Assembly (NCBI GenBank): GCA_038886535.1
Contig: JAVZXS010000002.1
Location: forward strand, 182,151 to 246,150
Direction of reading: 5' to 3'
Length of the DNA: 64,000 nucleotides
Source of the DNA: Candidatus Micrarchaeia archaeon
GTDB taxonomy: Archaea; Micrarchaeota; Micrarchaeia; CABMEP01
The notes under the pieces were generated by a model, which saw only the letters and a program-made list of their open reading frames with translations, ran no database searches and was not told the origin of the DNA. Positions 10,366-19,964 of this stretch are shown piece by piece. Each line of letters begins with the position of its first letter. The first letter of the stretch is position 1. A program made the translations under genes and the position numbers.

Positions 10366-12969
10366 TCACTGCTTTGTTCTTAGTAGATGTTTTTTAGCTT
10401 CAAATATTATTGTAATAATTACAATAAGAGGAACAATATGTATCCATTGCATCAGAGTAAGAGGTTTAAGTTCAAATAAAGGCGCCAAGAATGGTATGTA
10501 AAATGCAGCAAATAGAATTAGAAATGTTAAACAAATAGAGAGAATAGTATCCGAAGAAATATGTTTCCATGACTTAAGTAAGCTATCTTTTATTGATATT
10601 GAGTTTATAGATATTGTTAATACAGTTATAGATAATACTGCTATTGCTAATGTTCGACTATATCCTTCAAATATTGGGATCAATGTTAAATACCCAAAGT
10701 ATATAGATGCAACAAGTGCAATTAAGAGCATCGCAAGGTATTCACTTGTTTCAGGGAATTTTTTCGATGTTTTAATTGCCAATGATTTTTCATATAATCT
10801 TTCCTTTGAGAAATTCGTTGCAATTGCAACATCCGCAATTAAATTTATAAGTAGTATCTGGGTTGCAGTCATCATGTCTCCTGTAAATATTATTGCGCTT
10901 ACCATAACAGTAAAAAATATTGCCATATCTGATGCTGATAAAGCATAAAAAGTTCTTTCTATGTTTCTTCTCATATCTCTTGATTCCTCTATTAAATCTA
11001 CTATACTTTCATATCTGTCGTTCTTTATTATTCCATCTGCATTATTTTTTATTATACCTGGAGCACTTTCAACTGCGAGAGATAAATTTGTGTACAATAA
11101 TGGACTGTAGTCTGTTCCTATTGATTCGATGTATGTGACATGATGCCCTTCTTTTTTAAACGTATCTAATATCATTGCCTCGTATTCTTCTGTAGATTCT
11201 GAGAAAACAACTGATTCAAGTATTCTTTTTGTCCTTTCTTCAGCTCTCATATATTTTAGTTCTTCACATATAACAGCTTTGTCTTTTTCAGTCATTATTC
11301 CAATTTCTCTTGCAAAGCTTACTGCTTCTCCACTTTTTACTTTAGTTATTATAATTGGCTTTATTCCGGCTTCCTTAAGTTCTTGTACTGTTTTTTTGAC
11401 TTCCTGCTTTGGTGGGTCATATATACCTAATAGAGAAAGGAATGTGAAATATTTTGGTTCTTCTTTTTTCCAGGCAAATGCAATTGCGTATGGGGTTTGT
11501 CCATTTGCGGTCATTTTAATCTCTTGAGCTTCTATTTCTTCTTTAATTTTTTCATCAATCTTTAGGAATTTTCCATTTGAGTAAAGTGATTTGCATCTTT
11601 CTTTTACTTTTTCAGAGGGACCAAACATAACAAATGCAAATCTGTTTCTTTTCTTTATCTTAACAATTTTTACATCTTCTGTTTCTTTTCTTTCAAGCAT
11701 CACCCATTCTCCTCTTACATTTGTTATTGGGATTCTATTTTTCATTGCCATTACTACCAGTGCGCCTTCGATTGGATCTCCATCAAGATATGGTATATTA
11801 TCTTTATATTCTAATGTTGCTTCTGTAGCAGCTGCAGCCATTTCTGTCATCATATCTATAGTTGCATAATTTCTTGTTCCTTTGAAAATACCAAGAACAT
11901 CCCATCCATCTCCAGTTACCTGTACTTCTTTTCTATCTATCCATATTCTTCTTACTGTAGGTTCATTTCTTGTTAGAGATTTTAACATTTCTGTAGCTAC
12001 AATTGTAGTCTTGCCAATTTTATCCGCTGCACCTTCTCTTCTAAGCACAACGAATTTAGACATCCTTTCTATTGTCGATGCATATATGTAAGTTGCAACA
12101 CTAAAAATAGTGTCAGGGATTGCAGCCACTGCAGCGGCGGCAGCAATTACAATTGCATTAAATAAAGGCATTCCGTCTGCAACTAGTTGAAATACTATAA
12201 TAAGAGAAGCGAGATATACTACATTTCCAAAAGAATCAGTGGCCTTCTTTACTCTACTTATAGAATCGTTTTTCTTTGGATCTGTTGATAAAATGTTTTT
12301 AATCCCAAAAACAGTAAAGTATTTTGTATTCTTTCCTGTAGCTGTGACTGTTATTGTACATTCTCCTTTTTTAACAAATGTTCCTGCATAAACAGAAGAT
12401 GGATCTGATTTATATGGTTTGAATGTTTTTTCTACCTCCATTTCCGGTACTTTTTCCACGATTCCTCTTTGGAATATATTTTCATCAACCAAGCAGTTTT
12501 TAGATTTAATAACTATTCCATCTGCAGGAATAAGCATTCCTTCTTCGAGTATTAATATGTCACCTGGAACAACTTCTTCTATATCAAGTCTAACTATCTT
12601 TCCATTTCTATATGCTTTTACATATCCATAAAATTCTTTAAGATTTTTTATTATTTTTTCTTCACTTTCTCTGTTTCTTATCCAATTTATGACCACCGTT
12701 AGCAAGATTATTGATATTATGAATATACTATGGACAATATCTACGGTAGCAAGAAAGATAGCTGCAAGAATTAAAATAATAATAGGATAGCTAAACTGTG
12801 AAATAAGGAGTTCCAATTCACTTGTTTTTACATATTGATAAATAACGTTTTTTCCATGTCTTTTAAGTCGTTCATTCGCTTCTTCTGTTGTCAATCCAAT
12901 TGGTAGATTTTTAATTTCCTTACTAGTTTTTTCTTTTTTTTCATTTATTTCTTTTTGTCTCTCCACCAT
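10366..12969 (-). CDS. P-type (P2-like) ATPase homologue with degenerate catalytic motifs
   Basis: GLTTEEA..RL..HG.N, VVPGDI, IPADG, GDPIEGAL and DPPK retained; DKTGT, TGES, TGD and GDGxND absent. Confidence 0.85.
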   Translation of the reverse strand: MVERQKEINEKKEKTSKEIKNLPIGLTTEEANERLKRHGKNVIYQYVKTSELELLISQFSYPIIILILAAIFLATVDIVHSIFIISIILLTVVINWIRNRESEEKIIKNLKEFYGYVKAYRNGKIVRLDIEEVVPGDILILEEGMLIPADGIVIKSKNCLVDENIFQRGIVEKVPEMEVEKTFKPYKSDPSSVYAGTFVKKGECTITVTATGKNTKYFTVFGIKNILSTDPKKNDSISRVKKATDSFGNVVYLASLIIVFQLVADGMPLFNAIVIAAAAAVAAIPDTIFSVATYIYASTIERMSKFVVLRREGAADKIGKTTIVATEMLKSLTRNEPTVRRIWIDRKEVQVTGDGWDVLGIFKGTRNYATIDMMTEMAAAATEATLEYKDNIPYLDGDPIEGALVVMAMKNRIPITNVRGEWVMLERKETEDVKIVKIKKRNRFAFVMFGPSEKVKERCKSLYSNGKFLKIDEKIKEEIEAQEIKMTANGQTPYAIAFAWKKEEPKYFTFLSLLGIYDPPKQEVKKTVQELKEAGIKPIIITKVKSGEAVSFAREIGIMTEKDKAVICEELKYMRAEERTKRILESVVFSESTEEYEAMILDTFKKEGHHVTYIESIGTDYSPLLYTNLSLAVESAPGIIKNNADGIIKNDRYESIVDLIEESRDMRRNIERTFYALSASDMAIFFTVMVSAIIFTGDMMTATQILLINLIADVAIATNFSKERLYEKSLAIKTSKKFPETSEYLAMLLIALVASIYFGYLTLIPIFEGYSRTLAIAVLSITVLTISINSISIKDSLLKSWKHISSDTILSICLTFLILFAAFYIPFLAPLFELKPLTLMQWIHIVPLIVIITIIFEAKKHLLRTKQ

Positions 12970-12991
12970 ATGGATCAGCTATGTAAAAGCT

Positions 12992-14218
12992 TTATTGCTT
13001 TACAATTATTCTTTCTCCTACGCTGCTTATTCTCTCAAGTTTTATGGGTATCTTTGTTCCTACAGGAGTCTGTGCTATTGCAGTTCCTGCTTTTTTATCT
13101 ATACCTATTACTTTTCCAATATATGCACCTATTTCGGTTATTATCTCCTTTCCTTCTAATCTTATCTTCGCTGCGACTCTTATCTTTAAAGTTCTAGCGA
13201 ATTCGGTTGCAAGTAATGTTACTATTATAGAGAGAATTATGGCAATTAAAAATTCATAGAACCATGCCTCTCCTACTATCCAAGAGAGAGCAAGATATGA
13301 TAAGAAAGAGACAATTATTCCATTGAATGAATATAATCCACTGTCTATAAGTTCAAACAAACTTCCTTTTGGATATAGTTCAATCACTCTTCCAACCATT
13401 ATTAAAATTATTATGAATACTGCAAAGGGCCACAGTATAGGTCTTAATCCAAAGGATAGAGATTCAAAAAAGCTATAACTATTTAAGCTTGCATTAATAA
13501 ATTCGTTCACACCTATCGAGATAGATATCAGGGCCAATGCAACTATAGGTACATAAACAACAAGTGTAGTTCTTGTAGAGGATGAGAATAGATTTCTCAC
13601 TGTATTTATTATAAAATCCTCTATTCCAAATCCTTTGAGTAGGAGATATAGACCAACAATACCAACTATAGGTCTCCATCCATATCCAAGCATATCACTA
13701 ATAAGAAAAGATATCAATATTAAAGCAGGAACTCCGAAGAAAAGTTTTGCATAATACGGCTCTTTGAGCTTACTTAAAAGAGTAACGTATGTTTTTTCAA
13801 GCTCTTTTGCCTGTTTCATAACTACAGTTCTTTTTGAGTCAAGTTTTACTCTTGAAGAGATTAAAGGAAGTAGTTCTTCGTCATCAGCTCCGTCAGTTAC
13901 AAAAATACATGATGTTGCATGAAATTGTTGAAGAATAGATTCTAGTTGTGTAACTATTTTCTTATCTGCATAATACCCTAATCGACTATCTCCAGTAATG
14001 GTCACAACTTCTGCTTTTTTAGTTTTTATTATTTCATCATAGATTTTTACTGCCTGAAACATTGCATTTGCATCTGTATCTTCTGGATCACTTAAAAGAA
14101 GACTTGTTGCAGCATGTATATTTGCTTGTCTTCCTATCACTGGACCAGTTATTTGCGCTTTTTTACCTAAATCATCGTCACGGTCTATACACAATATAAG
14201 TATATTCTCTTTTGTCAT
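12992..14218 (-). CDS. DUF373 family membrane protein with C-terminal PRC-barrel-like tail
   Basis: LILCIDRDDDLG.K...DPEDTDAN...FVTDGADDE followed by several TM helices. Confidence 0.88.
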   Translation of the reverse strand: MTKENILILCIDRDDDLGKKAQITGPVIGRQANIHAATSLLLSDPEDTDANAMFQAVKIYDEIIKTKKAEVVTITGDSRLGYYADKKIVTQLESILQQFHATSCIFVTDGADDEELLPLISSRVKLDSKRTVVMKQAKELEKTYVTLLSKLKEPYYAKLFFGVPALILISFLISDMLGYGWRPIVGIVGLYLLLKGFGIEDFIINTVRNLFSSSTRTTLVVYVPIVALALISISIGVNEFINASLNSYSFFESLSFGLRPILWPFAVFIIILIMVGRVIELYPKGSLFELIDSGLYSFNGIIVSFLSYLALSWIVGEAWFYEFLIAIILSIIVTLLATEFARTLKIRVAAKIRLEGKEIITEIGAYIGKVIGIDKKAGTAIAQTPVGTKIPIKLERISSVGERIIVKQ

Positions 14219-14374
14219 TGAAGCACCATTTAATTTTTTCTTTTTTTCTATGAATAAATGTTATTAAATATTTATAAATTCTATTATTGTATATAATATA
14301 GTCTTGTGTTATTATAAATCTAAGATCTATTTTAATTGATTAAAATTTGAAATTTAATTTTAAAGTGGGTAGCT

Positions 14375-15082
14375 ATGGAAAACGATGAAGAGATTATAGC
14401 TGTTCCTGGAGATATACTCGGAACGGAAGAGGAATTCTTTCCTGGAGAGGGAACGTATACAGATAAAGAAGGTAATATTCGTGCATTAAATGCAGGATTT
14501 GTTGAAATAAGCAAGGATAGAAAAATATCTGTTTTTTCAGATAGACAACCCGAAAAACTTAAACCAGGTGATGTAGTTTATGGAAGAGTAGAAGAAATGT
14601 TTGAATCCGTTGCATTCCTTACTATCGAACATCCAAATTCCGCAAGTATAGAACGAATTGATAGGATGTCAGCAGTTATTCCAATTTCAGAAATAAAGGA
14701 AGGATATGTTAAATCAATACGAGATGCAATTCATGTTGGTGATATTGTTATAGGTGCAGTCAAAGAAGTTACCCCGTTAAGAATAGTTGTTACTCTTAAG
14801 CCAAAGGGAATGGGCGTGGTGATGGCGTATTGTAGTTATGATCGAAAGCCTATGTTATTGAAAGGAAGGTATCTTATATGTAGTAAATGTGGACAAAAAG
14901 AGGAACGTCTTATTGCAGATAACTACGGAAAATTTGAATATATAGAATCTGCCCAAATAGTTCCGGAAAGAAAAGATAGATTTCAGAAAGCAAGAATAGT
15001 AAAGGGAAGACTTTCTGTAAGAAGGAAATACAGACATTTTCAGGAAAAATTTCAATTTAAGCAAAGAAGATCAAGATTCTAA
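14375..15082 (+). CDS. csl4: Exosome RNA-binding subunit Csl4
   Basis: VPGD.LG.EEEF.PGEGTY, S1 domain, Zn-ribbon-like end; upstream of rpoL. Confidence 0.92.
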   Translation: MENDEEIIAVPGDILGTEEEFFPGEGTYTDKEGNIRALNAGFVEISKDRKISVFSDRQPEKLKPGDVVYGRVEEMFESVAFLTIEHPNSASIERIDRMSAVIPISEIKEGYVKSIRDAIHVGDIVIGAVKEVTPLRIVVTLKPKGMGVVMAYCSYDRKPMLLKGRYLICSKCGQKEERLIADNYGKFEYIESAQIVPERKDRFQKARIVKGRLSVRRKYRHFQEKFQFKQRRSRF

Positions 15083-15147
15083 TAGTCTTAGTATTTTAAA
15101 GCTTTGTCTACAATAGCTTTAATATTGTGTACTAATGAGGTGTTCAA

Positions 15148-15411
15148 ATGTCTGAATTAAAGGTTAATAAAATAGATAAAAATCATGTAGAGATTCATTT
15201 TTTTGGTGAGGATATTGCATTTGTTCATGCGCTTAGAGAATTTGTTATCGAAAACGATGATGTTGAGTTTGCGGCAGTTAAGCAGGAGCACATAGAAGTT
15301 GGAGAACCTATTCTTGTTGTGAAAACAAAGAAAGGAAATCCAATTCCTATAGTTGCAAAAGCTGCTGCAAAGCTTGCAAAGACAGCTGAAGATCTCTCAA
15401 AGTCAATCTAA
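15148..15411 (+). CDS. rpoL: RNA polymerase subunit L (Rpo11), divergent
   Basis: GED..F..ALRE.....DVEFAA...EH; csl4-rpoL-DUF99 synteny. Confidence 0.85.
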   Translation: MSELKVNKIDKNHVEIHFFGEDIAFVHALREFVIENDDVEFAAVKQEHIEVGEPILVVKTKKGNPIPIVAKAAAKLAKTAEDLSKSI

Positions 15412-15440
15412 TAAAATAATATATGGAATTCTCTGATTAG

Positions 15441-16031
15441 ATGTCACAACTAATCTGCAAAGAAAGTATAAAAATAGATAAAAATATCCGAATTCTTGCA
15501 GTGGATGATACCCCTAGGATTAATTCTTCTTCTTTTCTTATAGGGATAGTTTATAGGAATGGAATTGTAGAGGGAGCTGTCAGTACTAAAATAACATACG
15601 ATGGGGAGGACAGTACTGAACAAATAATAAAGATGATAAAGAGATCTCGTTTTTCAAATCAGATAAAATTAATTCTCCTAAATAGCATTACAATGGGAGG
15701 GCTGAACATAATAGATATTTCTAAATTGTCTGCCTCTCTTTCAATACCTGTAATTGCAATCACTCGTCATCTGCCAAGAGTTTCTGAACTGGAAAAAGCA
15801 GTTAGTAAACTTGATATTTCTAAAGAGGAAAAAGAAAGAAAACTTAATGCAATTAAGAATGCTGGGGAACCGTTCAAAATCAAAACAAAGCCGATACTTT
15901 ATGCTCAAGCAGCAGGCATAGACAGGTTTAAGGCAATAGAAGCAATCAAAAATATAGGCATAGAACCTTTGAGATTATCGCATATAATAGCTTCTGCACT
16001 TGTTTTAGGCGAATCAAAGGGAAGATTCTAA
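15441..16031 (+). CDS. DUF99 (endonuclease V-like) protein
   Basis: RILAVDD, DGEDST, GGLNIID, EPLRLSHIIA...GESKGR. Confidence 0.9.
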   Translation: MSQLICKESIKIDKNIRILAVDDTPRINSSSFLIGIVYRNGIVEGAVSTKITYDGEDSTEQIIKMIKRSRFSNQIKLILLNSITMGGLNIIDISKLSASLSIPVIAITRHLPRVSELEKAVSKLDISKEEKERKLNAIKNAGEPFKIKTKPILYAQAAGIDRFKAIEAIKNIGIEPLRLSHIIASALVLGESKGRF

Positions 16032-16280
16032 TTAATTTTAATTTTGCAATATTGTTTCTAAAGTAATGCTACCCCGATATAAGTAGAGCGAATAAATCTT
16101 ATTTTTTGGTTTGGATCTAGATCTAATATCTTTTTTATCTTATTTTCTGTCACATATTTTTATCTTCCTTTATATTGCATCTCTTTTATACTTCATACTT
16201 TATTGCATAATTTTTATTTTCAGTTATATTTATCTATTTTTTTATCTATAATTATTTATCAGCAACTAATGGGTCATAAT

Positions 16281-16457
16281 GGGCCAGTAGCTCAGAGGTA
16301 GAGCGCTTCGTTCGCATAAACTTTCTTAGAAAGAAAGTTTAATCAAAGAAACTCTTTTAAGAAAAGAGTTTCATTAGAAAATTATGGATTAAGCTTTCAT
16401 ATTAAAAGAAAGTTTCGGAAAACGAAGAGGCCGCGAGTTCGAATCTCGCCTGGTCCA
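16281..16457 (+). tRNA. tRNA-Ala(CGC) with 105-nt intron at 37/38 (16317-16421)
   Basis: Acceptor GGGCCAG/CTGGTCC with G3:U70; anticodon stem CTTCG/CGAAG; TTCGAAT T-loop; BHB with central helix TTCG/CGGA and 3-nt bulges CA|T and AA|A. Confidence 0.93.
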
Positions 16458-16504
16458 TGATTAGTATGATCCATAATTAGTAAAAATCAATTAAAGAGGT
16501 TAAT

Positions 16505-17743
16505 ATGAAAAAAGCTGAAGGAAAAAAGAATATTAAAAGTAATGTCTTTTGGCTTGGGATTGTAAGCCTTCTTGCAGATGCTTCTTCAGAAATGATTGCT
16601 CCAGTTATGCCATTATTTCTTTCTACTGTTCTTGGGGCAAGCGGATTTATGATAGGATTGATTGAAGGAATTGCAAAATCTGCTGAGAGGCTGCTCTCAT
16701 TTGTTTTTGGATGGTATTCTGATAAGATTGGAAAAAGAAAACCTGTGATTGCGTTTGGTTACTTTCTTTCATCAATTATGAAGGGAGCATTCGCATTTAC
16801 AACTGTCTGGACTGAATTTTTGTTTGCAAGAGTTATTGAAAGAACAGGAAAGGCAATTAGAGATGCACCAAGAGATGCATTGCTTGCTTCTTCAACTGGA
16901 GATTCACTTGAGGAGAGAAGAAAGGGATTTGCGCTGCATAGAATGTTAGATACGCTTGGTGCAATAATAGGTCCTCTAATAGCGCTTCTTTTTGTAGCCT
17001 CTCTAACGCTGGATTTCGAAAGCACTGTAAGGAATCTTTTCATTCTATCACTCATCCCAGGTCTTCTTGGGGTCTTAATAGTATTGATCTTTGTAAAGGA
17101 TGTTGAGCTCAAAAAATCAGAAAGAACAAAAAAACCAATCTCAAAATCATTTTCTATAGAATACGGAAATAGTTATAAGCAATTTCTGTTTTCCTTAGTT
17201 CCATTTTTCCTTTTTACTCCTCCACTTGCATTCATATATTTACAAGCTAGCGAATTCGGCCTTGTTCTATCTGGGGTTATAACACTTGGCTTTTTGTATT
17301 CCGTATTTTATATCTTAGGTGCGAATCTAATTAATTTTATATCAGATAAATTCGAGATAAAAATAGGAAAGAAGCAGGGAATTGAAATTTCACTTTTGTT
17401 TGTAATGCTTTCATTCCTATCAGTTTTTCTTGTCCATTATTTGCAATTAGATCAGGGGAATGCTCTTACGTTTATTGTTTTGATCTTAGCATTGGTTCTT
17501 TATGGAATAGGAATGGGAATGTTTGAAGTGGAATCTAAGTCCTATATATCTCTTCTTGTAGATAAAAAAGATATGGGCGGAGCATTTGGAGCTTACCAAA
17601 CAATAAGTGGAATTATGATAATCTTTTCAGGTTTGGTATTTGGATTCATTTGGGATTTTTCACCGGGATTTGCATTCTTAATAGCAAGCATCGCTTCGCT
17701 TCTTTCATTAATTATCTTCAGACATTTTATTAATTTCAGTTAA
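16505..17743 (+). CDS. MFS transporter
   Basis: About 12 TM segments; GWYSDKIGKRK motif A; ERTGKAIRDAPRDAL. Confidence 0.92.
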   Translation: MKKAEGKKNIKSNVFWLGIVSLLADASSEMIAPVMPLFLSTVLGASGFMIGLIEGIAKSAERLLSFVFGWYSDKIGKRKPVIAFGYFLSSIMKGAFAFTTVWTEFLFARVIERTGKAIRDAPRDALLASSTGDSLEERRKGFALHRMLDTLGAIIGPLIALLFVASLTLDFESTVRNLFILSLIPGLLGVLIVLIFVKDVELKKSERTKKPISKSFSIEYGNSYKQFLFSLVPFFLFTPPLAFIYLQASEFGLVLSGVITLGFLYSVFYILGANLINFISDKFEIKIGKKQGIEISLLFVMLSFLSVFLVHYLQLDQGNALTFIVLILALVLYGIGMGMFEVESKSYISLLVDKKDMGGAFGAYQTISGIMIIFSGLVFGFIWDFSPGFAFLIASIASLLSLIIFRHFINFS

Positions 17744-17769
17744 CTTATTTTTTATATCTTAATATAATC

Positions 17770-18672
17770 CTAATGTAATAAAATAGTGTCGCAGCCTTCT
17801 GGTTCTCCATAATATGCAGGACCGCTTATAACAAGTTTTACATATCCAAGTATGGGTATTCTGAAGATTACTTTTCCTTTTATGTCACTTTCTCTCACAA
17901 TATCAAAATAGCTAATGTCCATATAGTTGTTATTGTCTCCCTTTGTTAGCAAATAGTAGCTTTCCCCCACTTTAAGCTTGAGAAATACTCTGTGAACTAT
18001 ATCCATATTTGTATATGTTCCGTTTAGATGGGATGCATAAACTATTACGTCATTAGTAAGATTTTCACTTATTTCCTTTTCATCAATATATATTGATCTA
18101 ACACATTCAGGAGAATAACCTACCAATTTCTTTGCTGAAGAAGAAATTCTTGGGCACATGCTCTGACATTTGTAAATGATGCTTCCATTCTTACTACTGC
18201 CGCATAAAACTTTAGAATTGTTTATGTCATTCAGTTCTTCTTCTGTTATTTCAATCGTAGGCGCATTAATGTCTTTTGCCTTAATTCCTTGCACTATTAC
18301 AAAGTCTCCTCTCTCATAAGATGGCAGGAGAGAGCAGGAAACAACACTGCTAATTGGAACAGAGGTTCCAAGCAGGAAAGATATGGTTGCAAATATAATT
18401 ATTGCAAGTGCCGCAGCCTTTAATATCTCAATTATTTCTTGTTTCCAGCTTGTTTGTGATGCACTTACATAAATGTCAACAAAAAAATACGCAATAAGTG
18501 AAAAGCCTGAAAGAAATGCAAAGATTATGGATTTTGTCAAAAGATATAGAATGAAAGATATTCCAAAAACAATCAATAGCAGATTGCTTTTATGTAGTTC
18601 TGTCAGTTTTTCTTTTCGTTTGTCTTCCTTTTCTATTTTTGTATTTTTTTCTAATTTATCTTCCATGATCAT
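17770..18672 (-). CDS. Signal peptidase I (Sec11-type) with insertion
   Basis: VVSCSLLP...RGD, IVHRV, TKGDNN..D, IP.LGY; N-terminal TMs. Confidence 0.85.
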   Translation of the reverse strand: MIMEDKLEKNTKIEKEDKRKEKLTELHKSNLLLIVFGISFILYLLTKSIIFAFLSGFSLIAYFFVDIYVSASQTSWKQEIIEILKAAALAIIIFATISFLLGTSVPISSVVSCSLLPSYERGDFVIVQGIKAKDINAPTIEITEEELNDINNSKVLCGSSKNGSIIYKCQSMCPRISSSAKKLVGYSPECVRSIYIDEKEISENLTNDVIVYASHLNGTYTNMDIVHRVFLKLKVGESYYLLTKGDNNNYMDISYFDIVRESDIKGKVIFRIPILGYVKLVISGPAYYGEPEGCDTILLH

Positions 18673-18810
18673 ATTTGTTTGTAAAGTAATTAAAATATAT
18701 CTTAAAATGTCGCAAAAATAGAATTAAGAAAAAATAAACGATTCAAATAATAAAAAATAGAAATATAAAAAAGAAAAAATAAGGCGATTGCAATGACAGA
18801 CTAGTTATGT

Positions 18811-19887
18811 TTACCACATAACCTCTTCTATCATTTCATATGCCTTGTGTTCTTGTTTCTGCGGTTCAAGGTTTCCAAGCAATGATGTTGATGTTACACC
18901 AGTCATGATTGCAGTGACAACAACCTTGTCTCCGAGTTCTGGCATGAGTCTTGCTCCCCAGATTACATTTGCATTGTTGTCAAATGCTGCAGTTATTCCT
19001 TCACCAATCTTGGTTGCCTCACCCAATGTAAGGTTTGGACCACCTGCTATGTGGATGAGGGCTCCCTTTGCACCCTCATAGCTGACATCAAGCAATGGGT
19101 GCTCTAGTGTGCTCTTTATTGCATCCTCAACTTTGTTTGTTCCCTTTCCTTCTCCAACAGAGAGCATTGCAACTCCACCGTTGCCCATGATTGCTCTTAT
19201 ATCTGCAAAGTCAATGTTGATGAGTGATGGGGTCATTATAGTATCGGATATTCCTTTTATTGCTCTTGCAAGGATTTCATCTGCTACATTGAATGCCTCA
19301 TTCATTGGTAAGTTTGGCACATATTGAACTAATCTGTTGTTGTCAATCACAACCACGGTGTCACATGTTTTTCTTAATTCTTCCAATCCCCATCTTGCCT
19401 TTTCTGTTCTCGCTCTCTCAAGAGAGAACGGGTATGTAACCATACCAACTACTATTGCACCCTCTTTCTTTGCAACCTCTGCAACTACTGGTGCAGCACC
19501 TGTACCTGTACCTCCTCCCATACCTGCTGTAATGAATACTAAATCTGCTCCGCTTAATGCCTCTGCAAGCTTGTCTTTTGATGCCTCAGCTGCCTTTCTT
19601 GCAACCTCCGGATATCCTCCAGCACCAAGACCTCTTGTTATTGACTGACCAATTAAGAGTCTCTTGTGAGCCTCTGTTATCTTTAGGTGGTTGACATCAG
19701 TGTTAATTGCTATTGTGTCTGCTGTTTTTATCCCAGATCTCATTATTCTGGTGATGCTGTTGCATCCACCTCCACCTACTCCTACAACAGTGATTCTGAT
19801 CTTGTCAGATCCAAGGTAATCTTTCTCCGGTGCCTTGGTCGCCTTAACTGTGGTTCCAGATGTAAACGAACTTAGGAAGCTTTCCAT
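18811..19887 (-). CDS. ftsZ: Cell division protein FtsZ (FtsZ2-like), downstream copy
   Basis: [35 protein letters not shown] at 19887 chosen because of the GGGTG SD and a MES start like the paralogue. Confidence 0.95.
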   Translation of the reverse strand: MESFLSSFTSGTTVKATKAPEKDYLGSDKIRITVVGVGGGGCNSITRIMRSGIKTADTIAINTDVNHLKITEAHKRLLIGQSITRGLGAGGYPEVARKAAEASKDKLAEALSGADLVFITAGMGGGTGTGAAPVVAEVAKKEGAIVVGMVTYPFSLERARTEKARWGLEELRKTCDTVVVIDNNRLVQYVPNLPMNEAFNVADEILARAIKGISDTIMTPSLINIDFADIRAIMGNGGVAMLSVGEGKGTNKVEDAIKSTLEHPLLDVSYEGAKGALIHIAGGPNLTLGEATKIGEGITAAFDNNANVIWGARLMPELGDKVVVTAIMTGVTSTSLLGNLEPQKQEHKAYEMIEEVMW

Positions 19888-19936
19888 TTTAACACCCTGC
19901 CTCAAATATTATTTTCCACTAAAAAAATTAAGTGGA

Positions 19937-19955
19937 CTGGCTGAAAATCAGCCAG
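19937..19955 (-). terminator. Stem-loop between the two ftsZ genes
   Basis: CTGGCTGA-AAA-TCAGCCAG perfect 8-bp stem, followed on the minus strand by a T7 run. Confidence 0.45.
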
Positions 19956-19964
19956 CTAACAAAT

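Noticed and set aside
16032..16280. T-rich 250-bp intergenic stretch as a hidden gene
   Set aside because: No convincing ORF with start signals and no stable structure seen.
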